The notes under the pieces are model-generated. The model saw nothing but the letters and a program-made list of their open reading frames with translations. It was not told the origin of the DNA and did not search any database. A program made the translations under genes and the position numbers. DNA of 57,510 nucleotides from Pseudomonadota bacterium (GTDB lineage Bacteria; Pseudomonadota; Alphaproteobacteria; Rhodobacterales; Rhodobacteraceae): contig JAKAJW010000158.1 of assembly GCA_021813645.1 (NCBI GenBank), positions 1 through 57,510 on the forward strand, written 5' to 3'. Position 1 is the first letter of the stretch. Every line of letters starts with the position of its first letter. This document shows positions 28,569 through 37,837 of this stretch, in pieces.

Positions 28569-28914
28569 GGCGCGACGGGCTGACGATGGCGCGATGGCGC
28601 GATGGCGCGCGTTCCGAGGCGGCGTTCTTCTCTACGCCTTCGTCGCCGCAGGCGCCGCCATCGGCGGCGTCGGGCGCGCGCTGGTCTCGCTCGCATCAAT
28701 CGAGCTTGCCGGTTCCCGTTTTCCTTGGGGAACGCTTGTCGCCAATGCCGTTGGCTCCTTCTTCATTGGCTTCTACGCCACCCTGACGGAACCCGGCGCC
28801 AATATCGGTCTTTCGATCGTGTCCTCGCTGCTTGCGGTCTGGGCGGGAGCCATCATGGCGGCGAGGTTGAACCGGCTGTCCGGAGACCGTGCCCCGTCCG
28901 CATCAACAGAATGA
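28565..28914 (+). pseudogene. crcB: second CrcB subunit, disrupted by an 8-nt repeat frameshift and an internal deletion of TM3
   Basis: GAAIGGVGR and FPWGTLVANAVGSF are present, then EPG joins ANIGLS (near 28797) with no GxxGxxTTFS segment. Confidence 0.85.
28584..28607 (+). repeat. tandem repeat (CGATGGCG)x3
   Basis: Three exact 8-nt units read directly from the sequence. Confidence 0.9.
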
Positions 28915-29283
<369 letters not shown>

Positions 29284-29301
29284 GACGATTCTACGTGGGC
29301 G

Positions 29302-31740
29302 TCAGCGGCCGGTCTGGCGCTGGGAGAGTTCATCACTGTCGCTCCAATCCGACGGATCGGCATTTCCCATGAGCCCCGTCCTGTTGAGCAATCCTGTCTT
29401 GATCTGGTCCAAGAGCACAGTGGCGGCAAGGACCGCCGCGAATGTGCCGACAAGCAGACTGACGGGCAAAGATGCCATCAGGATGCCGCCTGCCGCCAGG
29501 ATGGAGGCGATGGCGACGTTGCTGAGCGTCGCGGCCGCGACATAGCGGCTGGGTGGGATGCACCAGAAGCGGCCGGGCACGCGCGTGATGTAGATCGTGG
29601 CCTGGGCGGAATAAATAAGATAGACGAACATCAGCGTCTGGATCTGCGTGGTCGTCAGGTGCAGCACGGCCATTGCCACCCAGAGAATGGCAAAGGCAAG
29701 CACCAGCCAGCCGATGGCCAGAACGCCGCCGACTTTGGCGATTTCGCGCACGTCCCAGTGTTGCGGTGCCGAAGCCCCCTGCACCCGGTCGGTCGCCAGC
29801 GTGATCGTGACGACATCATTCAGCACGACGATCACCGCGATCAGTTCAAGTGGTACCGGGAAAAAGCCGGTCGCGATGTAACCGAAGGTAAGCAGCGCCG
29901 CGAGTTCGACGGTCCGCGCGATCTTGGTGATCGTCCAGGTCAGCATGCGCCGATAGACGCGCCGTCCGCCCTGCACCACCGAGACGATGCCTTGCAGACC
30001 CGGAGCCGTCAGCACGACCTGTGCCGATGCCTTGGCAACATCCGTGGCCGAATGGACCGCGATGCCCACATCCGCCTGTTTCAGGGCGGGCGCGTCGTTC
30101 ACGCCGTCGCCGGTCATCCCCGTGGCATGACCGGACTTCTGCAGCGCCTGAACCAGGTGGAATTTCTCCTCCGGGAAGAAGCTTGCAAAGCCATCGTATT
30201 CCAGCGGGCTGCTCACGGCAGCCGCGGCGTCGCCGAACCGGTCGCCAAGCCCGACCGCGTGACCGACGGCCCGGGCCGTCATGGCCGTATCCCCGGTGAC
30301 CATCAGCACTCGGATACCGAGCTGACCGATGGCTTTGACAAGCTGGGCCGCGTCCTCGCGCAAGGCATCGCCAAGGGCGACGAGGCCACGGAGGGTCAAT
30401 TGGCCCTCGGGCCCTGCGGCAATGGCCAGCACGCGCGCGCCCGTCGCGGCCAGTTTTTCGACTTCGGGTCCGAGGTCGGGCAGCGGGGCGGCGAGTGATT
30501 GGACGACCTGCGGCGCGCCCATCACCACATGGGTGCCTTGCCCGTCCCGGATGACAATGGCTTCCGACAGCTTGGTCGCGGGGTCGAAGGCCACAAAGCT
30601 CTGCCGGGCGAGCGGTGCCAGCGCGCGGGTCCTGAAAGCGCGCAGGATCTCAATCTCGACAGCCCCTTGCGCCGCCTCGTCGCAGGCTGCGGCGGCGAGG
30701 GTCAGCACCTGATCCTCGCTTTCCCCGTCAAAGGGGGCGATGGCGGCGAGGGTCTCCTTGTTTTGGGTCAGCGTGCCGGTCTTGTCGATGCACAGCACGT
30801 CCATGATGGCGGCTTCCTGCAGCGCCGACAGGCCGGTGACCAGAACGCCCTGGCTCACCAATTCGCGGGCCTCGACCGCGTTGGCGACGGTAAAGGCCGT
30901 CGGCATCGTGACCGGCACCGTGGCGATGATCAGCACCAGAAAGAACGGGATCAGCGGCAGAAGGCCGGATCCGCTCCACAACACCGCCGCCACCAGCACC
31001 ACGGCCAGCACGCCGTCGATGCCGATCAGATAGCGCACGACGGTGAACAGAAGGTGGTCAAGGTGACCGGCCGACCCTGCCGTCCGCACGAGTTCGGCGG
31101 TGCGCCCATAAAAGCTCTGCTTGCCGGTGGCAGTGATCGTTCCGGTGGCCTCGCCCCGCGCGACGATGGAGGCCGAATAGATCGTCTCCCCAGCCGACCG
31201 CCGGACCACGCCGGATTCTCCCGTCAGCGCGGACTGGTTGACGTCCAGTGTCCCATCGAGGACCGTCAGGTCGGCCGGCACGATATCTCCCGTCCTGATC
31301 CTGACCAGATCGCCCGGCACCACCTCGCGCGCGGCAAGGGTCCGCCAGGTGCCCGATCGGCGCACTTGCGCATTGACCTGCAAGCGGCTGCGCAAAAGGT
31401 CCAGCGCGGTCTGCGCCCGGCGTTCCTGCACCCCGCCGAGGACCGCGCTGAAGATCAGCCAGCCCGCGATCAATGCCGGAGCCGCCACCTTGCCCAGAAG
31501 CACTTCCAGCACGAGCGCCGCCTCGAGCATCCAGGGGATCGGGCCCCAAAGGCGTTTCAGAATACCGCGCAGCAGGTTGGGCGGCGCTTCGCTGATGTCG
31601 TTCAGGCCAAATTGGCCCAGGCGGGCTGCCGCCTCCGCCTCCGAAAGACCGTCCGCGGACCCTGGATTGACGCCGTGTGACTGCGCAGCTTCGGCTTTCA
31701 CAAGCGGCGTTGCGGAAGCGGGGTCGTCGGCTGCGGTCAT
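29302..31740 (-). CDS. P-type ATPase, P3A plasma-membrane H+-exporting type
   Basis: WGPIPWMLEAA, LTGES, VPVTMP, DKTGTLT, GDGVNDAPALK; TM6 VLNDVVTITLATD. Confidence 0.85.
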   Translation of the reverse strand: MTAADDPASATPLVKAEAAQSHGVNPGSADGLSEAEAAARLGQFGLNDISEAPPNLLRGILKRLWGPIPWMLEAALVLEVLLGKVAAPALIAGWLIFSAVLGGVQERRAQTALDLLRSRLQVNAQVRRSGTWRTLAAREVVPGDLVRIRTGDIVPADLTVLDGTLDVNQSALTGESGVVRRSAGETIYSASIVARGEATGTITATGKQSFYGRTAELVRTAGSAGHLDHLLFTVVRYLIGIDGVLAVVLVAAVLWSGSGLLPLIPFFLVLIIATVPVTMPTAFTVANAVEARELVSQGVLVTGLSALQEAAIMDVLCIDKTGTLTQNKETLAAIAPFDGESEDQVLTLAAAACDEAAQGAVEIEILRAFRTRALAPLARQSFVAFDPATKLSEAIVIRDGQGTHVVMGAPQVVQSLAAPLPDLGPEVEKLAATGARVLAIAAGPEGQLTLRGLVALGDALREDAAQLVKAIGQLGIRVLMVTGDTAMTARAVGHAVGLGDRFGDAAAAVSSPLEYDGFASFFPEEKFHLVQALQKSGHATGMTGDGVNDAPALKQADVGIAVHSATDVAKASAQVVLTAPGLQGIVSVVQGGRRVYRRMLTWTITKIARTVELAALLTFGYIATGFFPVPLELIAVIVVLNDVVTITLATDRVQGASAPQHWDVREIAKVGGVLAIGWLVLAFAILWVAMAVLHLTTTQIQTLMFVYLIYSAQATIYITRVPGRFWCIPPSRYVAAATLSNVAIASILAAGGILMASLPVSLLVGTFAAVLAATVLLDQIKTGLLNRTGLMGNADPSDWSDSDELSQRQTGR

Positions 31741-32127
31741 CTGGGCACCTCGGATTTCCGAACGTCAGGAAAAGTCGCTGTCGCGGTCATGTTACGCCGA
31801 CACGCCCCCTGCGCGAAAGCCGTGGGCCTGAGTCATCCCGGTCGCCTTGCCCTGCATCAATAGGCAATCGACCGGCAGGGAATAGGTGCCGTTTCGTCAA
31901 CCTCAGGCAAACGTGCGGGAATTGGCCTGCGCCACCGCCATGCAGGCCATGGGCGGGGCCTTGCCGCAAGGGCCCCATGCGTGCCCCGCGACAAGACCCC
32001 CCGGGCGTTCGGTTTTCATGGAAGTCTCCGGCGCAAGAGATTAACGTCCGCAGTGACGCGGACCGGCGCGCATCCGTGGTGATCCGAATTGGTCCCGAAA
32101 CCGGACCGCAAGACAAGAGGTGGTGAG

Positions 32128-33393
32128 ATGACAGCCCGTATCGAACGCATCGACGCATTGGAAATCCTGGATTCACGCGGCAATCCGACGATCCGGGTGA
32201 ATGTGCATCTGGACAATGGCATCACCGGCACAGCCTCGGTGCCCTCGGGCGCATCCACCGGCGAGAACGAGGCCGTCGAGTTGCGCGATGGCGATGCGGG
32301 CCGCTATGGCGGCAAGGGCGTGCGCAAGGCCGTCGAGAACGTGGAGGGGCGCATTTCGGCGGCGCTGAAGGGACGCGATCCCCTGGACCAGGCCGAACTG
32401 GACCAGATCATGATCGATCTGGATGGCACCCCGACCAAGGCGGACCTGGGCGCCAATGCCATCCTCGGCGTTTCGCAAGCCCTGTGTCGCGCGGCGGCGG
32501 CAACCTCGGGGATGCCGCTTTACGCCTATCTTGGCGGCGTTGGCGCCACCCATCTGCCAATCCCGATGATGAACGTTCTGAACGGCGGAAAACATGCGGA
32601 CTCAGGCATGGATTTCCAGGAATTCATGATCTACCCCCACGGAGCGCCGTCCTTCGCCGAGGCGCTGCGCTATGGGGCCGAGACCTTTCACGCCCTCAAG
32701 AAAATCCTGACCAAGCAGGGATACAGCACCGGCGTCGGGGACGAGGGCGGATTTGCGCCGAAGCTGAAAAGCAACGACGAGGCCTGCGATCTGATCGTGG
32801 AGGCCATCGAAGCGGCGGGCTACCGGCCCGGCGCGGACATCGCCATTGCCCTCGATCCCGCAGCGAGCTCGTTCTTTGAGGAGGGCGTCTATCGGCTCAG
32901 CCGCAGCGGGCAGGGCGATCTGTCGTCGGACGACATCGTGGCTCTGTTCAGGCGCTGGGTCGAAAAATACCCCATTGTGTCGATCGAGGACAGCCATGCG
33001 GAGAGCGACTGGGCCGGGTATTCGGCCATCACCGCCGCGCTGGGGGATCGCATCCAGATCGTCGGCGATGACAACCTGGTGACCAACACCCGCTTCATCG
33101 CCAAGGGCATCGCGGAGAAGGCCTGCAACGCGGCCCTCATCAAGCTCAACCAGATCGGCACCGTCAGCGAGACCGTCTCGGCCATCCAGATGTGCCGCAA
33201 GGCGGGCTGGGCCTACGTGATCTCGCACCGCTCGGGCGAGACGGAGGACCCCTTCATCGCGGATTTCGCGGTGGCGATGGGCGGCGGCCAGATCAAGACC
33301 GGATCGGCCTGCCGTTCGGAACGCATCGCCAAATACAACCGGCTCCTCGAAATCGAGCATGCCTTGGGATCGCGCGCCGTTCTGGGCGCCTGA
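32128..33393 (+). CDS. eno: enolase (probably an accessory copy)
   Basis: EILDSRGNPT, VPSGASTG, NGGKHAD, QEFMI, GDEGGFAP, LIKLNQIGT, SHRSGETED, QIKTG, ERIAKYNRLLEIE. Confidence 0.96.
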   Translation: MTARIERIDALEILDSRGNPTIRVNVHLDNGITGTASVPSGASTGENEAVELRDGDAGRYGGKGVRKAVENVEGRISAALKGRDPLDQAELDQIMIDLDGTPTKADLGANAILGVSQALCRAAAATSGMPLYAYLGGVGATHLPIPMMNVLNGGKHADSGMDFQEFMIYPHGAPSFAEALRYGAETFHALKKILTKQGYSTGVGDEGGFAPKLKSNDEACDLIVEAIEAAGYRPGADIAIALDPAASSFFEEGVYRLSRSGQGDLSSDDIVALFRRWVEKYPIVSIEDSHAESDWAGYSAITAALGDRIQIVGDDNLVTNTRFIAKGIAEKACNAALIKLNQIGTVSETVSAIQMCRKAGWAYVISHRSGETEDPFIADFAVAMGGGQIKTGSACRSERIAKYNRLLEIEHALGSRAVLGA

Positions 33394-33456
33394 TCGCAGC
33401 GCGCGGGACCTTGATGGTGCGCCGAAGGATCGTGCAACCCGGACACCGATTCCGGT

Positions 33457-33485
33457 TTGACGACAAGGATCGTTCGGCCTATCCA
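33457..33485 (+). promoter_or_regulatory. sigma70-like promoter for riboswitch 1
   Basis: TTGACG-N17-TATCCA ending 7 nt before the aptamer. Confidence 0.55.
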
Positions 33486-33492
33486 AAGGCTA

Positions 33493-33538
33493 CGGGATGG
33501 AGTTCCCGGTAACCGCCGTCATGGCTGATGACTCCTGC
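33493..33538 (+). ncRNA. fluoride riboswitch (crcB motif) 1
   Basis: CGGGA-TGGAGT-TCCCG-GTAACC-GCC-GTCAT-GGC-TGATGACTCCTGC: P1, P3 and the GGAGT/ACTCC pseudoknot are all present. Confidence 0.93.
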
Positions 33539-33573
33539 GCAGATACCTGGGCCTTGCCGAGGAGAGGTGTGCA

Positions 33574-34206
33574 GTGGCGCAAGAGGCAAACCCGTCAGAC
33601 GACCGGAATCCGGTCGAGGCGCTGCTGAATGATCCGATGGTCCGGATGATGATGGCAGCCGATGGTGTGAGTGCGGACGAACTGCGTGCCCGGCTTGTTG
33701 AAACCGGGGTGCGGCTATCCACGCCGCTGCAGGACGCATCATTCGGGGTCTATCGCTACGGTGTGGGCATCATTCTCTTCAATATGGCAGGTGATGTGCT
33801 GATGGCGCGGCGCATCGGTTCGACGGACGGAACCTGGCAGATGCCGCAGGGGGGAATCGAGCCCGGCGAAACCCCGATCGCGGCCGCCCTGCGCGAGTTG
33901 CAGGAGGAAATCGGCACGACCCATGCCGAGGTCCTTGCAGAAAGCGCAAGCTGGTATCGCTACGATCTGCCCGAGCCGTTTCGCAGGGCAGCGCGCCACA
34001 AGGGGTTTGACGGTCAGGTGCAGAAGTGGGTCGCCCTGCGCTTCACCGGCAGCGACACCGAAATCGACCTGAAGACAGCCGAACCCGAGTTCGAGTCCTG
34101 GTGCTGGGTCAGCGCGGACGCGGTGCCGGGCCGGGCCTCGCCGTTCCGGCAGGCGTTGTATCGCGCGGTGATCGACGAGTTCCGGGCGTTTGCCTGCCCG
34201 CCGTGA
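33574..34206 (+). CDS. rppH: RppH-like Nudix hydrolase with an N-terminal extension
   Basis: YRYGVGIILFN, WQMPQGG, Nudix box GGIEPGETPIAAALRELQEEIG, GQVQKW, EPEFESW.W. Confidence 0.88.
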   Translation: MAQEANPSDDRNPVEALLNDPMVRMMMAADGVSADELRARLVETGVRLSTPLQDASFGVYRYGVGIILFNMAGDVLMARRIGSTDGTWQMPQGGIEPGETPIAAALRELQEEIGTTHAEVLAESASWYRYDLPEPFRRAARHKGFDGQVQKWVALRFTGSDTEIDLKTAEPEFESWCWVSADAVPGRASPFRQALYRAVIDEFRAFACPP

Positions 34207-34313
34207 TCCGCCGTCGGCTGGCGAGCAACTCCCCTCGGGCGGGGCCGGCGCGCGCCGCAGGGCAACTTCATCCGGCCTCGGGCGGCGAGGACTGCGGCCT
34301 GGCCCGCCACCCT

Positions 34314-35135
34314 TCAATGCGACATGAGCAGGGTGATCTCGTCATGCCGCAACATCTCGTCGGTCGTATGGCCGATAAGCCACTCGATCCAGGGGCCGTG
34401 GCGGTGAGCCCCCATGACGAGCAGCGTGGCGCCCAGCGCCTTGGCCCGCGCGGCAATCTGGTCACCCAGTTTCTCGTTGTCGCGCGCGACCGCGGCGATC
34501 TCGAAACGCACGTCGGCGGCCTTCAGTTCCGCCATGACATCTTCGGCCATTTCGGCCCCTTCCGCGATCAGCAGCACCACGGCGCGGGTGGTGTGCCGGA
34601 GGAAGGGCATTGCGGCCTGTGCCGCCCTGCGACAGGCCGGTGTGCCGTTCCAGGCAATGACGATGCACTTGGTCAGTTGTCCCGCCGTGGCCGCAGGCGG
34701 CTGACGGGGGGCAACCAGAAACGGACGCTCGACGCCATAAGAGGCGGCGAACATGGCATCACGGCCATCCAGATTGTGGCTGCGCGGGACAACCAGCAGG
34801 TCGAAGGCGCGCGCTTCGGACGCGATCACATCGGTTTCCATGCCCGCAACCTGCTTCCACTCTGCGGACACCGGGGCGTCCGGGTGAGCGCCGGTCCAGG
34901 CCGCGAACGCAGCCCTGGTCGCCGCCGCGCGATCCTCGGCCGATCCTTCGCTGCGGATCCGCAGATATTGCAGGTCAACCTCTTCCGAACTTGCGATCAT
35001 CCTGGCTGGATCCACCATGACGTGCAGAGCTTCGATCGTGGCGTCACCAAGGCAGGCCGCCGCCGCTTCGGCGGTGTCAAGGCATGTCTGGACTGTCTGC
35101 GCCTCGGGGAGAATGGCCAGGATTTTCGTCGTCAT
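34314..35135 (-). CDS. universal stress protein (tandem USP)
   Basis: IVIAWNGTPACRRA...AMPFL and LLVMGAHRH...GHTTDEML. Confidence 0.88.
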   Translation of the reverse strand: MTTKILAILPEAQTVQTCLDTAEAAAACLGDATIEALHVMVDPARMIASSEEVDLQYLRIRSEGSAEDRAAATRAAFAAWTGAHPDAPVSAEWKQVAGMETDVIASEARAFDLLVVPRSHNLDGRDAMFAASYGVERPFLVAPRQPPAATAGQLTKCIVIAWNGTPACRRAAQAAMPFLRHTTRAVVLLIAEGAEMAEDVMAELKAADVRFEIAAVARDNEKLGDQIAARAKALGATLLVMGAHRHGPWIEWLIGHTTDEMLRHDEITLLMSH

Positions 35136-35328
35136 TGCTTAGTGGTCCGATCAGATTCAAGGCGATGCCGGCGGTCTGGCTCGTGCGTGACTGGTCGCGC
35201 ATGGCTAGGCCGCATCTGCGCGCCGTGGTGGTCGCAGTCAGCGGGGCTGATGATTTCACTGTGCCGGTCGCATTGCAAGATTGCTTCATCGTGATCGGAA
35301 GGGGAGGTTGCCGCCCGTCGCCCCGAGA

Positions 35329-35356
35329 TTGACAAAGCACACGGCGGGCCTACACT
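35329..35356 (+). promoter_or_regulatory. sigma70 promoter for riboswitch 2
   Basis: TTGACA-N16-TACACT ending 6 nt before the aptamer. Confidence 0.7.
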
Positions 35357-35362
35357 CGCCAC

Positions 35363-35408
35363 AGGTGATGGGGTTCACCTTGTAACCGCCTTATGGCTGA
35401 TGACTCCT
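35363..35408 (+). ncRNA. fluoride riboswitch (crcB motif) 2
   Basis: AGGTGA-TGGGGT-TCACCT-TGTAACC-GCC-TTAT-GGC-TGATGACTCCT. Confidence 0.93.
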
Positions 35409-35441
35409 TTTCTGGCTGTCCGGTCTGGGAAAGGCTTGTGC

Positions 35442-35522
35442 ATGAACCTCTTCTTCTTCTTCCTGCGTTTGATCTTGGCATTCAGACTGCTTGGATCGGC
35501 CCTGAGGGTTGCTTCCTCGTGA
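35442..35522 (+). CDS. putative 26-aa hydrophobic leader peptide or small protein
   Basis: MNLFFFFLRLILAFRLLGSALRVASS*; RBS GGGAAAGG is complementary to the riboswitch 3' tail. Below the ORF-track size cutoff. Confidence 0.45.
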   Translation: MNLFFFFLRLILAFRLLGSALRVASS

Positions 35523-35880
35523 TGCAGCGCGACAGTCTTTTGCAGATTCCGCGGGTTATCCCGGCGCTTCCGCAGGCACCGCTGTTCCAGGGCATCATCC
35601 TGCCGTTCGAGGAACGGATGCAGCGCTCTGGCAGTGTCCCCAGCCCCTTCCGCCCTGTCGAGATCTGGCCATGCGGTTGCACGAGGACGGGTGCGCCGTT
35701 TGGGTCGGCAGATGTCGCCTCTTGCCGCGCAGGCGGTGATCCGAGACAAGGTCGAGCGGTGCGACGGACGCGCGGGCCCCTGCGCCGCAGCCGCGCCATC
35801 TCGACCTCTGTCTGGCCCGCCTCCGGGCGCGGCCTGTGCCGATCCGGACGCCGGAGATGTGCAGATGGAAAGGAACCGTG

Positions 35881-36255
35881 GTGTTGACCTATCTCTGGAT
35901 CGCCGTCTTCGGCACGCTGGGCTGCATCGGGCGCTATGGCATGACCCGGCTCATTCAGGGCCTGTTGGGGAACACGTTTCCCTATGCGACGCTGGTCATC
36001 AACGTATCGGGCGCCTTCCTGATGGGGTTCCTTTTCGTCGCGACGCTTGAGCGGCTGACCGTCAACCCGCAGTTGCGCACCGGCATCCTGACCGGTTTTC
36101 TGGGCGGCTATACGACGTTTTCGACCTATGCCATGGAATCGCTCACCCTCGCCGAACAGGGCGAAACGGGGCGGGCGCTGCTCTACATGGGGCTGTCCAA
36201 CGGTGTCGGCATTCTGGCGGCCTTCCTTGGGGCGTTTGTGGCCCGCGCTCTTTGA
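35881..36255 (+). CDS. crcB: fluoride channel Fluc/CrcB, intact
   Basis: 124 aa, GTLGCIGRY, FPYATLVINVSG, canonical TGFLGGYTTFSTY; GAAAGGA RBS. Confidence 0.94.
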   Translation: MLTYLWIAVFGTLGCIGRYGMTRLIQGLLGNTFPYATLVINVSGAFLMGFLFVATLERLTVNPQLRTGILTGFLGGYTTFSTYAMESLTLAEQGETGRALLYMGLSNGVGILAAFLGAFVARAL

Positions 36256-36278
36256 GCCCGCCCGCCGCGCGGGCTCAA
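36252..36278. terminator. hairpin between convergent crcB and mutS-like genes
   Basis: TTGAGCCCGC-N7-GCGGGCTCAA; each arm contains one gene's stop codon; no long U tract. Confidence 0.5.
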
Positions 36279-37837
36279 GCCGCATCGACAAAGTAGCGGC
36301 GATAGACATCTGCGCCAAAGCTGGTCGTGAGCGGTTCGCCTTCATGCAGGCGGAACGAAGCCGCACCGTTCTCGGCCGGGTCGGCGCGCAGGAAGAAGCT
36401 GTGTTCGGACTGGGCATGCAATGTGCCGGTAAAGGCGTAAAGGTGCGACACGGTGACCTGCTTCACCCGCCGCGCCTGCAGCGCCCGCGTCACCTGAAGC
36501 GCGATTTCGGACCCTTCGCGCTCGTTGGTCGCGGCGAAAGCCTCGTTGAACAGGACCAGAGCATCGGGCGCCAGATGGTCGATGATGCCGCTCATCCGCG
36601 CCAGTTCCTCGTCCAGCTTTCCGCTGGACATGCTCGCATCCTCCTCGCGCTTGAAATGGGTGAAGATACCCTGTGCCACGTCGGCCGAGTAGGTCGCGGC
36701 AGGGACAAACATGCCCGCCTGCATCATCAGCTGCGCCTGACCCAGACTGCGCAGGAAGGTGGTCTTGCCGCCCCGGTTGGCGCCGGTCACCACGATAAGG
36801 TCCGAAGTCCCCGCATCCACGGTATTGCCCACGATCTTTCGCCCCATGCCAAGGGCAAGCGCCAGATCGTAAAGCTCGCGGCAGGTCGTGGCGCGGCCAC
36901 CCTTCGGCCGGGGGTCGGGCAGACAGGTCGGCATGCCCAGTTCGCCCAGCCTGTCCTTCAGGTTGAGACATGCGACATAGAATGCAAGCTCGGTGCGCAA
37001 CATGTCGAAGAAGCTGTGGATGTGATCGACCGATTGCCCCAACGCATCGGCCACCTGCGCCAGGCCGCGGTCGCGCAGTTCACCCAGCGCGGTCGCCCCG
37101 GCATCGTCGCGCGGCGCAAGGGTGAGGGTGTAACTTTCCTCGTGCGGACCGAAGAGCCAGTTCAGCCAGCCCGCGTTTTCTTCCGACGGCATGCGCAGCA
37201 CATAATCCCTGGCCTTGCAGGTCTGTCCCATCTCGGCGCTGATCGGCACGCCATGGCGAAACTCCAGCCGTTTTAGATGTGCCGCGACCTCTGCAAAATA
37301 GCTGTCGTCAAGTTCCTCGCCCAGCATTGCGAACAGTCGGGAAAAACCGGGGGAGCGGAAATCCGGCCCTGCAAGGGTGGCGATGTCGCGCAGACGGCGC
37401 AACGACTCCATGTAGGATTTCATCGCCTCGACCGACCGGCTGAGGATGCTGGACGGTTGGCTGAACCCCAACCCGCCGCCCGCCTTGCGCACCGCCTCGT
37501 TCGCCTCGATCGACAGCGCATAGATGTCGCGCACGACCCCAGGATTGGTCAGGGCGTCGCGCAGGATCGCCTGCCGGTAGAGGCTGGTGTCACGGTCAAG
37601 CCTGCTGCCGGACAGGAGCCCGCGACGGCTAACTTCGTAGAGGAAGAGGTCATCCCTTGCCATCGCTTGCAGGATCGGCTCGAGTTGCAGATCCCGGAAC
37701 AGCGCCTCGGACAGCGGCGGCAGGTTTTCCCACGGGCCAGGCGGCTGCCCGTCTCGGCGCGGATAGGGGTTTGCGATCACGATCAGCCACTGATCGGGGT
37801 CGAAATCACGGTCGGGGAACATCAGGAAAGCCTTCAT
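36275..37837 (-). CDS. MutS-related ATPase B (domain V; no mismatch-binding or Smr domain recognised)
   Basis: 520 aa from MKAFLMF; VTGANRGGKTTFLR, FTHFKREED, GKLDEEL, LFNEAFAATN. Confidence 0.88.
   Translation of the reverse strand: MKAFLMFPDRDFDPDQWLIVIANPYPRRDGQPPGPWENLPPLSEALFRDLQLEPILQAMARDDLFLYEVSRRGLLSGSRLDRDTSLYRQAILRDALTNPGVVRDIYALSIEANEAVRKAGGGLGFSQPSSILSRSVEAMKSYMESLRRLRDIATLAGPDFRSPGFSRLFAMLGEELDDSYFAEVAAHLKRLEFRHGVPISAEMGQTCKARDYVLRMPSEENAGWLNWLFGPHEESYTLTLAPRDDAGATALGELRDRGLAQVADALGQSVDHIHSFFDMLRTELAFYVACLNLKDRLGELGMPTCLPDPRPKGGRATTCRELYDLALALGMGRKIVGNTVDAGTSDLIVVTGANRGGKTTFLRSLGQAQLMMQAGMFVPAATYSADVAQGIFTHFKREEDASMSSGKLDEELARMSGIIDHLAPDALVLFNEAFAATNEREGSEIALQVTRALQARRVKQVTVSHLYAFTGTLHAQSEHSFFLRADPAENGAASFRLHEGEPLTTSFGADVYRRYFVDAA

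Noticed and set aside
31826-31845. Minus-strand GATGACTC upstream of the P-type ATPase
   Set aside because: Lacks the GATGG-x-GTTC hairpin and the AACCGC segment of a fluoride aptamer.
35161-35260. GGCGATG and GGCTGATGATTTC as a possible fourth riboswitch
   Set aside because: Elements are too far apart and have no pseudoknot complementarity.
35522-35887. ORF MQRDSLLQ... upstream of crcB as a protein-coding gene
   Set aside because: No recognisable family and atypical composition; mentioned only as part of the leader hypothesis.
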